Source: Eledone cirrhosa
Lineage: Eukaryota
NCBI GenBank assembly: GCA_964016885.1
Contig: OZ024743.1
Location: 153,326,001-153,390,000, forward strand
Reading direction: 5' to 3'
DNA: 64,000 nucleotides
Shown piece after piece: positions 12,577 to 23,769 of the stretch. Position 1 is the stretch's first letter. Every line of letters begins with the position of its first letter. Below the pieces are notes generated by a model. That model was not told the origin of the DNA and made no database searches. It saw only the letters and a program-made list of their open reading frames with translations. Both the position numbers and the translations under genes were made by a program.

Positions 12577-15500
12577 TTAAATGTATATAGTTTTTGACAA
12601 TTTACTTGGCCATTTTACTGTTCTGCCACTACGTGTGACATAAGGTTGTGTGGTATGTGCTGTTTGCGGTGGAGGTGAAGGTGTTGGTTTACGAGTGAAT
12701 GTACGAGGTATGTCAGGCCATGTAATGAGACTTTCAGAGAAAGCCCTCTTTGCTCTGTCAATGGATATTGTCTCTTTTCGACCATTGACAGCCACTGTGA
12801 AATGTGTTGGGTGTGCGAAAGCACACGAAAAGATCCATTATAGGGTGACATAAGCGGTCCCTTGACGGAATCATTCCGTATAAAAATGTGTGTCCACGTA
12901 GAGATGTCCGATGGAACAGCAGAAGAAATAGACTGGTCACGAGGGTTCATTGGTGGAAGATCCGAGAAGTAAGAACGAATCCTGGTGATATATGATGTTG
13001 GATCAAGATGCGATGAATGAACCGGTGCTAGCATTTGACCGGGAAGAGTCGAGGTGGTACCGTAAATAAGTTCAGCTGAGGAGAAACCCAAATCTATTTT
13101 AAAGGCAGAACGATAACCAAGAAGCACGATTGGCAAAAGTTGGGCCAACGTTGCGGATCAGGAGTAGCGCAGAGTGCAGCGTTCAACTGTCTGTGAAACC
13201 TCTCCACCATTCCATTGGAGGCTGGGTGATAGCTGGTCGTATGAATGTGATGAACACCCAAAAGTCGTGATATTTCACAAAATAAGGATGCCTCAAACTG
13301 GCGTCCTCGAACTGACGTCCTCGATCCGTGGTTATTTTAGAAGGAACACCAAAGCGAGCAATCCAATTGGAAATGAAAGCTCGAGCAAGGGACTCTTCTG
13401 TTATGTCCACTAGGGGTATGGCTTCAGGCCACCGAGAGAAACGATCTATACAGGTCAATATATATGTGAACCCACGACTAACGGGCCATGGACCAACAAT
13501 ATCCATGTAAATGTGACGGAAACGAGCGTCCGGCGGGCTGAATTTACCAAGAGGAGCGCGAACATGCCGATGAAACTTGGAGCACTGACACTGCAAACAA
13601 GAACGTGCCCAACCGGTGATTAAACAACGCATGTTAGGCCAGAAAAATCGGGCCGTGATGAGCTTCACCATGGCAGCTATGCCGAGATGCGACAAAGAAT
13701 GAAGTGCATCAAAAATGGTACGATGACAATCTGGAACAAGTGGTCCGGGTGAGCCAATAGAAATGTCGCAAAGAATTTTCTCTTCAGCAGACAGAAGAGG
13801 TAAATATTCAAATTTACAGCAGGAAAACTGGGTAGAAGAAGTATCCAGATAATCCAAAGAAGGTTGGTCAGTCGCAATGGCAACCAAATCAATATGTGCA
13901 GGAGACACAAGGGAGCACACAGGGAGTTGAGACAGTGCGTCCGCGGGTACGTTGGCAGCTCCAGCTACATGACGAATGTCACTGGTGTACTGGGAGATGA
14001 AATCCAAATATCGCTATGCCCTCGGAGAGTATCTGTCTGACTTGGTTTGAAGAGCGAATGTGAGTGGTTTATGGTCTGTGAATACCGTGAACTCCCGACC
14101 TTCAAGAAGATGGTGGAAGTGTCTCACAGCAAGATGAACTGCTAAAAGCTCTCTGTCAAAAGTACTGTAACGTTGCTCTGCTGGTTTTAGTTGGCTTGAG
14201 AAAAACGCCAGTGGTTGAAACTGGTGGTTGATTGTATGTTGCAAGACTGCTCCGACAGCATGGTCGGATGCATCGATAGTTAAGGATAGCCTCGCGTTCG
14301 CAAAAGGATGAGCCAGAAAGGAAACTTTAGCTATTTCAGTCTTGACGGATTCAAAAGATTGCAAAGCATCGGCAGAAAGTGAAATGGGAGCATCTTTCTT
14401 TTTCGCGGCCTTTAAAAACTATGTCAAGGGAAACAACTTGTCCGCACAGTTAGAAATGAAACGACGATAAAAGTTTATTAATCCTAAGAAATGACGTAAC
14501 TGTCTCAATGAGGTGGGGGGTGCGATTCGCTGAATCACTTCCACCTTAGATGGCAGAGGGCGAATGCCTTCTGAATCTATCAGATGTCCTAGGAATTCCA
14601 GTGAAGCTGTACCAAACACATTTAGCTGGGTTGATTCTGACCTGGTATGATTGAAGACGTTGAAATAACTGAGATAGATGTTGCTCTATGATGTTGATGA
14701 TGTTCAGCTGTGTCGCTGGCTATTAGAAGGTCATCCACATAAGCAAACACGAAATCCAATCCACGCATGACTTCATCGATAAAACGTTGGAACGTGCTAG
14801 AGGCATTCCGCAAGCCAAAAGGCATGGACAAAAATTCAAACGAACCAAAGGGGGCGGTCACAGCTGTTTTTGGTATGTAATTCTGGATTCATGGGTATTT
14901 GATGGTAAGCCCGTACCAGATCTATTTTAGAAAATATTGTGCATCCGCGTAGAACGGATGAGAAATCCTGTAAATTTGGTAAAGGATAACGATCCGGTGT
15001 AGTGGTGGCATTAAGTCTTCGGTAATCTCCTACCGGTCTAAAATCCGCATCACCCTTTCGAGCCAAGTGCAGTGGAGATGCCCATGGGCTGGTGGACGGT
15101 CGTATAAGACCGAGCTGGAGCATGTGCTCGAACTCGTTTCGTGCTTTATAGTCTATCCGGAGACAACCTCCGTGGACGAGAGAAAACAGGAGGACCAGTC
15201 GTTGTAACGAAGTGTTGAGTCGAGTGGACTGCCTGGGTAGGTTTAAATGAAATATCCGTTAACTCTGGAAACGAAGTAAGGAGTGCATGAAACTGGTTTC
15301 CAGCAGCAGCCACAAAAAACGAGTAGACGTATATAAGGATGTGGTACTATCCACAAGTTTTGGTTACTGACATCTACCAAAAGTGAATAGTGCTGTAAGA
15401 AATCCGCACCGCGAATCGGATGAAGTAGGTCGGCAATGACAAAAATCCATTTAAAATCTCGACGCAAAACTAGGTCCAGTGATAAACATATCTGTCCATA

Positions 15501-16520
15501 GGTTTTTATAGGAGACTGGTTTACTGCATACAAAGAAATGCCGGAGAGAGTTGGCTTGGTAGAGTTGAACCGTAAGGCCCAAATACTGCAACTTGATCCT
15601 GTGTCGACCATGAATGATTTGTTTGAAACTCGGTCTCTGATGAAGAAAGCACGATAAGGTGAATTGTTAAGGGCCTGCCATGCTCATACTCTCCAAAAGT
15701 AGTTTTTTCGATGCCCCAAAAGAGCAGGGCTTGATACAATGTTGTGCCTTATCACTGAAAGGCCCATGGTACCAACACAATGAAGAACTGTTGGCGGTGG
15801 AGTTGTTACGTCCACGAGAAGGAAAATACTGAGTTTGTGAACTCCGGCTATATGGCGCTCGATCACGACACAGTTTAGCTACTTGACGCGTTAACTCGTC
15901 AATAGCTTTCAACATGGCTTCCTCACTAGGCTGTTCTTTTTTAAATTAGAAGAGGCAATGACCGAATCAGCCGAGGTAGGTTTCCTAGAAAACTCCATAA
16001 TTCTGTCCGCAGAGGCAGCAATTTGTTCTATCGAACTGGTGTCAACCGTATTCGCCAATATGGTTTGCACATTGGTTGGCAAACGGGAGAAGAATAACTT
16101 TTTTACGAAGGAACTGTCTTCGGGCGCAGCATCACTGAGTTCACGGATACGCCGTAAAAACTCTGTAGGAGTTCTGTCCCCCAGATTTTCATCCTCTAAA
16201 AAGGAACGAAATCTACTCTCAGACTACCTACTGTTCCTACGCAGTACCTCTGTCTTCAGAGACTCGTAGGAAACGCCTTGTGGAGGGTCCGTGATTTTGT
16301 CTTTTACTGTAATTGCTAGCGAAGCGGGAATTCCACTGTTTAGCACGTTTAATTTTTGCTGTTTTTCCTGGACTCCGTTGACCGCAAAATACGCATCGAG
16401 CTGGGCGAACCACAATTTGGCATCGCCAGAATACGCTGGTAACGATGTGTTGCTCATTATTGTGACACGGTGGATGCTCATAGACAAAATTTGGTCGAGA
16501 GAGATGATTTTCTTTTTCAA
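12577..16520 (-). pseudogene. Fragmented gag-pol of the Gypsy element
   Basis: ORF pieces 16224-16520, 15667-15915, 15243-15611, 14836-15123, 14622-14861, 14419-14619, 14014-14364, 13183-14007, 12615-13148, 12577-12795. Confidence 0.93.
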
Positions 16521-16545
16521 AACGTCGGGAGAAATTATATGTTAA

Positions 16546-16561
16546 AACGTCTGGGTCACCA
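16546..16561 (-). promoter_or_regulatory. Primer-binding site, tRNA-Trp type
   Basis: Minus strand tggtgacccagacgt next to the 5' LTR; matches the tRNA-Trp 3' end with one mismatch (tRNA sequence recalled, not searched). Confidence 0.75.
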
Positions 16562-16562
16562 C

Positions 16563-16817
16563 TTTAGTGAGTTGGTCACAGGGTTATTTACTTCAGTAAA
16601 CACCACTGCATGCCAACCACTAAATTAATTAGATAACAGATATAGAAAAACCTTTGTGTATTTTCGCTCGCGTGTGGTCAGCTCAAGAGTCTGTTGCCAA
16701 AGAGAAGATTGCTCTTTGCTCCCTCCTTTATAATTCCTAGAACGGAAGTTCAAGGAATACTCTAGAATTCTACGGGAAGTAACTCTAGCTACCTCCCTTT
16801 GTCTAGAGAGCGCTACA
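16563..16817 (-). repeat. 5' LTR of the Gypsy element
   Basis: Minus strand TGTAGCGC...CACTAAA, a direct repeat of 11966-12222. Confidence 0.95.
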
Positions 16818-17649
16818 ATTGCATCTCTCCTCTAAACATGGTGTCGCTCACATTACTCTCTGATATGTCAGCCCCTTGCACTGATTTAATCAGTCTTTCT
16901 CAGTATACACTAGCACCTCTGTTCCACTCATCATGGTCCTTCTGTTATTGCTCATTCTTCTATTCACTCTTTGTTATGTTGTCTTGAATGAATTGAGGCA
17001 ACACAAGGTCGTGAATATTCGTTAGTCTTGAAGGTGAAAGGCAACTTGATAAAATGTACCAACAATAACCTGTAAAGTGCTTTCTGTTAGGATGGGTACT
17101 CAGCTGTAGAAACCACACCAAAAGAGAAATGTACTTGCAAAACCAGAGGTGGCGAAGCTTTTCATTTTGAAAGGCCACATTATGTTACTAGTAATATAAT
17201 AAGGCCCCATTCAAGAAACCATAATTACATATTTTTAAAACCTACATAATTTATAATTCTTGCTGTCTATCAGTGTGGATTATTTTGTTGAATTTTCTTT
17301 TACTCTTTGGTATTTAAAATACATTCATCTTATTGTTTAAATTAAAATAGTAAGAGGTAGATAAAAACAACAAAAAATTAAAAATTGTTGTAAATTTTTC
17401 ATTCTTTCAAAAGGTTGCACAGAATGGCATAGAAGGCCACATGTGGTCCTAAGGTTTCTCATCTCTGGGCAAAAAGTTGTTCTTCAATCCATCTAGTCAC
17501 AAACCATGATTACATATCCAACCCATGCTTCCATGGAAGGCAGACATGGAATAATAATAATTATGATGGTGATTTTGGCGCTTGATGAAAAAAAGAGTCA
17601 AAATCATGGTTAAGTTGGGTGATGCATATTTAGTGTTTCGGTCTTGTGG

Positions 17650-18430
17650 GGGCTGATTTGCAAGCAATGTCTGATAAAGCTGTTTGCATAGGTTTGCAGT
17701 ATGTATTGGTAAATAATGTGTGGGTTTTATTGTAACTAGGTGTAATGTAATCATTGCTGTTGGTGATGATGCTATTAATTCCAGAAAATGTTTTGATGGT
17801 AATTTTGTGGTCTATATTTGACTGAAATGTTTGACAGTTTCCTGTTTTTTATGGTTTATTTATGTGTTTTGTTATTTTCTTGTTTAGTTGCTTGGAATAG
17901 AAACTTTTTTCGGTTGTATGTAGATATTTCTGGTGTGTATTTGGGTTTTTATATTTTTCTGTGGCCTTGTGGGACTTGATTTTATGAATCAATAATAATT
18001 TTATGTCTATTTTGATGATTGTCGTATTGAAATCCGAAAACTGAAAGTCTCTTTCTCAATGGAAATTTTTCATATTCTTGAAGTTAGTAAAAGTGTATTT
18101 TGCTGTTTATATTGATGTAAAGATTATTGTCATGATAATTCCTAGGTGGTCTGAGGAAAGTTCAGGAAATGTATGCCATGTGTTTGTGGTAACTAGGTGC
18201 TTGAAATAGGTGATTTCTGAAGAGGTGTTGCAGTTGGCTTGGTAAGTTAAGTGTGTGTGTTGATGTTGATTGTTTACACTGTTAAGTGGGGTTAGTTTTG
18301 ATGCCATTACGTTAAGACCTTTGGAGGCATCTGTACTATCTGAAAACCAAAAACATAAAGTCTCCTCCAATTTTGGTGTTTGTGAGAATGTTGAAGTTTA
18401 CTTGTGTGGGTGTGTATCCTTTTGGGAAGT
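17650..18430 (-). mobile_element. Old LINE remnant (AP-endonuclease C-terminal region)
   Basis: ORF 18107-18370 ...WHTFPELSSDHLGII contains an APE SDH-type motif; boundaries approximate. Confidence 0.5.
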
Positions 18431-18596
18431 TTGGAGAGGTCAGTTGTTATATATATATATATAATAAACAAGAAAGACTGTTTCATCTGTCCATCCCTAT
18501 TTATTTTGTTATACATACTGTAGTGTGCGTATTGGTTTTATACGCAAATATATATGCTTATAGATATATGTAAATTGAAAAGTAAATTGACAATAT

Positions 18597-18915
18597 CTTC
18601 TTCTTCGCCCACTTATTTCCAGTTAGTCTGTCAGAAGTAAACATCTCTAACTGATCCAGCTGGATCCCAAAGTATGACCAGCCAAGCTCATAGATGTTAT
18701 TCAACTATCTTGCTTGGGGTCTACCTCTGGGTCTCTTGCTGGTTGGTTTTGCCGGTAAAATCTGTCCAGCGATTCTTTCCTGAGACATTCTAACCACATG
18801 TCCATAGTATCAGAATTTTGAACTCTCAATCCGGAGATGTAGTGGCTCTACCAGGAGTGACTCTTTGATCTCTGAGCTATGCCCTTTATCAAGTAACGTT
18901 ACTCCAAAGACCCTT
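18597..18915 (-). mobile_element. RTE-clade LINE 3' end with (AAG)n tail
   Basis: Minus translation ...YGHVVRMSQERIAGQIL...KRPRGRP... Confidence 0.75.
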
Positions 18916-18992
18916 ATTTTATATCAGCCTCGCTTTCATTTGTTTTAGGTGTTGTTTTGAAATCCATATCTCACTTCCTCTTCAAATAAAAT

Positions 18993-19512
18993 TTCATTCT
19001 GATGAACGATTTCCGACGTCTGTGTCGAGCTCATCTGTGTCGAACTCATCTTGTGGAGCTCCTCTGTGACGAGCTCGTCTGTGTCGAGCTCATCTGTGTC
19101 GAGCTCATCTGTGTCGAGCTCATCTGTGTCGAGCTCATCTGTGACGAGCTCATCTGTGTCGAGCTCATCTGTGTTGAGCTCATCTGTGTCGAGCTCATCT
19201 CTGTAGAGCTCATCTGTGTCCAGCTCGTCTGTGTTGAGCACATCTGTGTCGAGCTCATCTGTGTCAAGCTCATCTGTGTCCAGCTCATTTGTGTCCAGCT
19301 CATCTGTGTTGAGCTCATCTGGGAAGAGCTCATCTGTGTCAAGCTCATCTGTGACGAGCTCATCTGTGACGAGCTCATCTGTGACGAGCTCATCTGTGAC
19401 GAGCTCATCTGTGTCGAATCCATCTGTGTCAAGCTCATCTGTATCAAGCTCGTCTGTGTCGAAATCATCTGTGACGAGCTCGTCTATATTCGTGAAACCT
19501 TTGGTAAATGGG
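18993..19512 (+). ncRNA. Hammerhead core enclosing a minisatellite in stem II
   Basis: ttcatt CTGATGA acga [array] tcgt GAAA cc-ttt-gg TA aatggg; flanks homologous to 34834-35005. Confidence 0.65.
19015..19485. repeat. 15-bp minisatellite (GAGCTCATCTGTGTC)n, about 31 units
   Basis: Direct reading; each unit is a near-palindromic 12-mer plus TGT. Confidence 0.98.
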
Positions 19513-19621
19513 ATAATTGTCTTATGTTGTTTATTACATAAGTAAATACCTCTGTAGCCTACATAGAGCACTAGCCTTTCCTTTACCTTTCCTACGGAAA
19601 CACTTAATATATATGCGTATA

Positions 19622-19797
19622 GGCGCCACAGAAGAAAAGCACCCAGCACTCACTGTAAATGTGGTTGGTGTTAGGAAAGGCATCCAGCTGTAGAAATCAA
19701 GCCAGAATCAGTTCCCGTATGAGCAAGACATGGTCAGCCGACCGGCTACTGTCCACAGCAGGACAAACTGTCTAACCCATGCCAGCGTGGAAGATGA

Positions 19798-19800
<3 letters not shown>
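19622..19800 (+). mobile_element. 3' part of SINE family B
   Basis: aaaagcacccagcactcactgtaaatgtggttggtgttagg...aacccatgccagcgtggaagatgatga. Confidence 0.75.
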
Positions 19801-19849
<49 letters not shown>

Positions 19850-20219
19850 TGGTGGTGGTTTGGGCGATATACTGGAATTATTGAAATTTGAATCTTTTAA
19901 AAGAAGTGAATCTTGAAATATGCAATATAATTATTTATGATTAATTATTTGTTACTAAATTGAGTGGATAAATTATGTAATATTCATTCATTATCTATTC
20001 AAAATAATCCAAATTATTTTACTAACGACATTAAAAAATATATTCTGGATGCTGTCCCGCACCGCCCCCCCCCCCTTTATTAGAGTTAAGATTTCAAAGA
20101 TGTATGGCAGTTGTATAACATCTGCCCTATGTGTTCTCTTCAGAAAAAAATCTACATGATATATAAATATCCATTGATATGTTGCAGATTTTCAATCAAC
20201 CAACTTTAATTGAGTATAT

Positions 20220-21490
20220 ATACTTATCCCCCACTAACACCACTAACACACCCCTCCTTTTCACCGCCCACCCCACAACTAACAATACTAACACCTCCAC
20301 TCCACTCCACCCCTCATCCGACCACCCTTCCCCAACTAACATACTAACATCCCTCCCTTCTTCTCCTCCTCCCCCTCCTTATCACACGCACACACCCACC
20401 GGCACATATATACACGCGCTCACACTATACACACACCCTACTACCACCACTAACCCTCACCCCCACACCTCCATCCCACCACCCCGCAACTAACCTCACT
20501 AACACCCCCTGACCCCAAGCACACGAACACACGCACCCACTTACACCACCCACCCCACACGCAACTAACATCACTAACACCCCCAACCCCACGCACACGT
20601 ACCCACACACCCTCGTACACCACCAACTCTACACACCCTACCACCACTAACCCCCACTCACACCTGCATTCAACCCTTCCCCACCTCCCGTATACTAACA
20701 CCCCTTCATCAAACTACACACACACCAGTACACCACACTCCCTCCATAGAACTACACACACCCTTCTCTCCCCGCTCCACCCACACCCTCGCTCCACACT
20801 CACTCATCCCACTAACACCTCTACTAATACACACACACACACACTCTCCTCACTCCAACTTTCACACCTACCCATCCTCGCCCCTTTACCATTCCACCGA
20901 CTGCTGCTGTGCCTTCTGACCACCTCCCAGCACAAACAGACACGCAGCAATCCCACTGCTTGACCACTCCCTGTTGCGCACGCACCCCACATCTCTCCTC
21001 TTCCGACCATCTCTTCATGGAATAATCGTATGCTGAACTTGACCACCACATAGTCCACTAAAGACCATAGGATTTTACCAACTTTTCAACCATCCTCTTA
21101 CGGAACCACCTATATAACTCACCCACACACACACCCCCAAAAAATGTTTTTCTCCACGCGCCACCTACACCCACAACACGCTTAAACCCCACACACACGT
21201 GCTTTCCACCACATATTTACACCCTCAGCCTCCTAATTCCCCCCCCCCTCGATCCACACACGCACAAACACTCCAACCTACAACCCCCCCCCACACACAG
21301 CTCTTCCTGAACATGCAACCCCGTTCTTCCCCCAACGCTTACTTTCACATCCACACACACACACACACACGTACACCTACACACACACACCACCTTCAGC
21401 CCTCCCCGCTCGGACACCCTGTCTCCCTCTCCCCACTCCACCCGTCACCACCCCTACACACCCCACACCCTTCCACCACCTGTTTTACCC
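20220..21490 (+). repeat. C/A-rich low-complexity tract, probably the body or 3' UTR of the HHR element ending at ~21810
   Basis: Strong CA skew, ccactaac-like motifs, directly upstream of an HHR motif. Confidence 0.6.
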
Positions 21491-21683
21491 CCCTTTTTAT
21501 TTCAGTTAATTTTGATCATGCTTTTATATTTAATTTTATTTCATTCCTTGTATTTTGATCATGCTTTATTTTTATTTTTATTTTTATTTTTATTTTTAAT
21601 TTCATTCGCACCGTTTCCTTTCGCTATATGTCTCTCCACCACTCCCCTACACACCCTTTGAACTCTGTTCCCACACACTTCCC

Positions 21684-21715
21684 ACCTGAGGAAGGGCTTA
21701 TGCCCGAAACGTCGT
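21684..21715 (+). ncRNA. Minimal PLE-type hammerhead motif
   Basis: ac CTGAGGA agggc-ttat-gccc GAAA cGTC gt, then aataaa and (TA)n; stem I is only 2 bp. Confidence 0.65.
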
Positions 21716-22010
21716 TCCCCACCACCACCCCACTCTCTAGAGCGTGAAATTAATAAACATTCGTTGTACTGCCTCTCTGTTTTGTTCCTGTTCAAATTTT
21801 TCCATTATATATATATATATAAAAAAATAATAAATATAAAAAAAAAATAAAAAAATGATCCGGGAAAGACTGCCCTAACACCGGCCAGAGTTACCTCCCT
21901 TGACCTGCTGCAAAATCAAAACAAGATATTTTTGCGAGCAATGAATCTTGATGTAGATTTAACCCCCAAAACTCTTTCCGAACTATATATGGAACACTTG
22001 TGATTATTTA

Positions 22011-22050
22011 TGCCCTTGAGAAGCCCAACTGGGCGAAACGTACGTAGGTG
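22011..22050 (+). ncRNA. Hammerhead variant with U3-A8 core
   Basis: gccc TTGAGAA gccc-aact-gggc GAAA cgtacg TA ggtg, then aataaa; palindromic stem III, weak stem I. Confidence 0.65.
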
Positions 22051-22263
22051 ATATTTTAAATAAACATGTTTTAACGGTCTATTCTCCGATTTTTTACTTT
22101 CCCACGTGCTTACGCTCTGCTAACTCTCTAGCCCACTAAATATTAACACTTCGAATATTTAATACTGCCGGCACTAGTATCGAGCACCTTTGGCATACGC
22201 TACTTGGCAAATAACTATATGTATCACCTATCCCTCCTTTTTCTCTCTTTCTCGATACGTAAA

Positions 22264-22326
<63 letters not shown>

Positions 22327-22500
22327 CAATATCGGAGAAAACTTTTTAGCGATAATCCGGCCAAATTCCAACTCACTTAACAAACATTAGGAAATAAGTG
22401 ATTATATTCCCAATTATGCGTGTGGGGTGCTAACTAAAAGTATTGCGCCGAAAATTGGCTGTATTATTTCATATGAGACATATCGAATATTTCTCTTCCT

Positions 22501-22625
22501 AGACGGACGTCTCGTTTCATTATAGGATTCCTACAATTTTGGTGAGATTATACCAATTTATGTAGGAGCTTGTATACCATAATAGATATATATTCAAGTG
22601 GGCTCCTATAATTCATCAGTGGGTT
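22501..22625 (-). ncRNA. Hammerhead core with 94-nt branched stem II; stem I not pairing
   Basis: Minus: CTGATGA attatagga...tcctataat GAAA cg-aga-cg TC; perfect 9-bp base of stem II. Confidence 0.6.
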
Positions 22626-22661
22626 ATATATATATATATATTTATTAAAATAACAGATTAA

Positions 22662-22712
22662 AGTTTAAGCAAAGAATCCCTGCTTTCACCCTTAATGGGA
22701 TCTTCTGAAACT
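22662..22712 (-). ncRNA. Hammerhead-like motif with CAGAAGA (U4A) core in the PLE pseudo-LTR
   Basis: agttt CAGAAGA tccc-attaa-gggt GAAA gca...tgc TT aaact, then aataaa. Confidence 0.7.
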
Positions 22713-23769
22713 AACAAAGTCAATCTGTGAACGCAGAAGTAAATATTTCAAAAAACGTTGCAACCGGAGGAAGACAGGAGGACGATACTTTGGTTCGAGG
22801 AAATGGTCCCTGGCAAAGAAGGGGAAAAAACGAATATAATACGTCCTTATTTGGAGCGGTGAAAAACAATTAGACGCAAAGACAAAACCACGTTTATGGT
22901 ATAAAGGAAGTCGTAGACTAATATTCTATTAGGTGGTTCATAGAGACGTTCTCTGGCAATGAACGGAAAAAACGAAGATAATACGTCATATGTGGAGCGA
23001 GCAGAACAATTGCACGCACAGACAAAACCACGTAAATGGTATAACTGAAGTCGTAGACTAACATTCTAACTAGGAAACCGAATGATTCCCGGCTTCAGAG
23101 TTAAGAATAAAGTAAATAAAATACAGAGGTAATTTAAATTAAATAAATACATACACTCATCCATACACATACATACACAAGCATACGCGAAAACACTCGC
23201 CATATATATACAAATACACGCACGTACACCCCACAAAGAAAAAACCCGCACGCACATACAGAACCCACGCAACGCCTGTACCCGTATGCATACGAATGTA
23301 TACACCAAATACACATAAAAATATATATAAAATATATATATATATGTGTGTGTGTGTGCGTGTATACATATAATTAAATAAACGTATATAAATAAATCCG
23401 TATATATCAAGCGCACACACATACCTACATGTAAATACACATATGTTCGGAGACGTACGTCAACCAAAACACAAAGTACACATCTACACACACCCTACAT
23501 ACGTACGAACCCGCATACTCACACAGACGCAAAACTCACGTATACACATAACCAAAAGCATATGTCCCAGAATATATAATATATACGCCATAACATATAA
23601 AATCAAATATACGTACGAGAAAGTATACGTACCTTCACAAAACATACAGGTAATATATACTTACCTATACAAATAAGTAATGGTATAAACATAACATATA
23701 CTTAGCTACCACATCAAGACGTAAAGTATCCGCGTATAGTTCGTACTATCCGTTAGGGTATAATGTGGG

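Larger units (their letters stand above)
11966..16817 (-). mobile_element. Full-length decayed Ty3/Gypsy LTR retrotransposon, CsRN1-like
   Basis: Two ~256-bp LTRs; 4-bp target duplication ATTG (11962-11965 / 16818-16821); gag (WFAQLDAYF, CWYH..CIKPC), protease (VDTGS), RT (YVDD), RNase H (DAS, TDHKPL) and integrase (TDRGRQFE) in Gypsy order with frameshifts. Confidence 0.96.

Noticed and set aside
19015-19485. CRISPR-like regular array
   Set aside because: Contiguous 15-bp units with no unique spacers; eukaryotic context and no cas genes
20179-21558. Pro/His/Thr-rich and Val/Gly-rich ORFs
   Set aside because: Products of C/A-skewed low-complexity sequence
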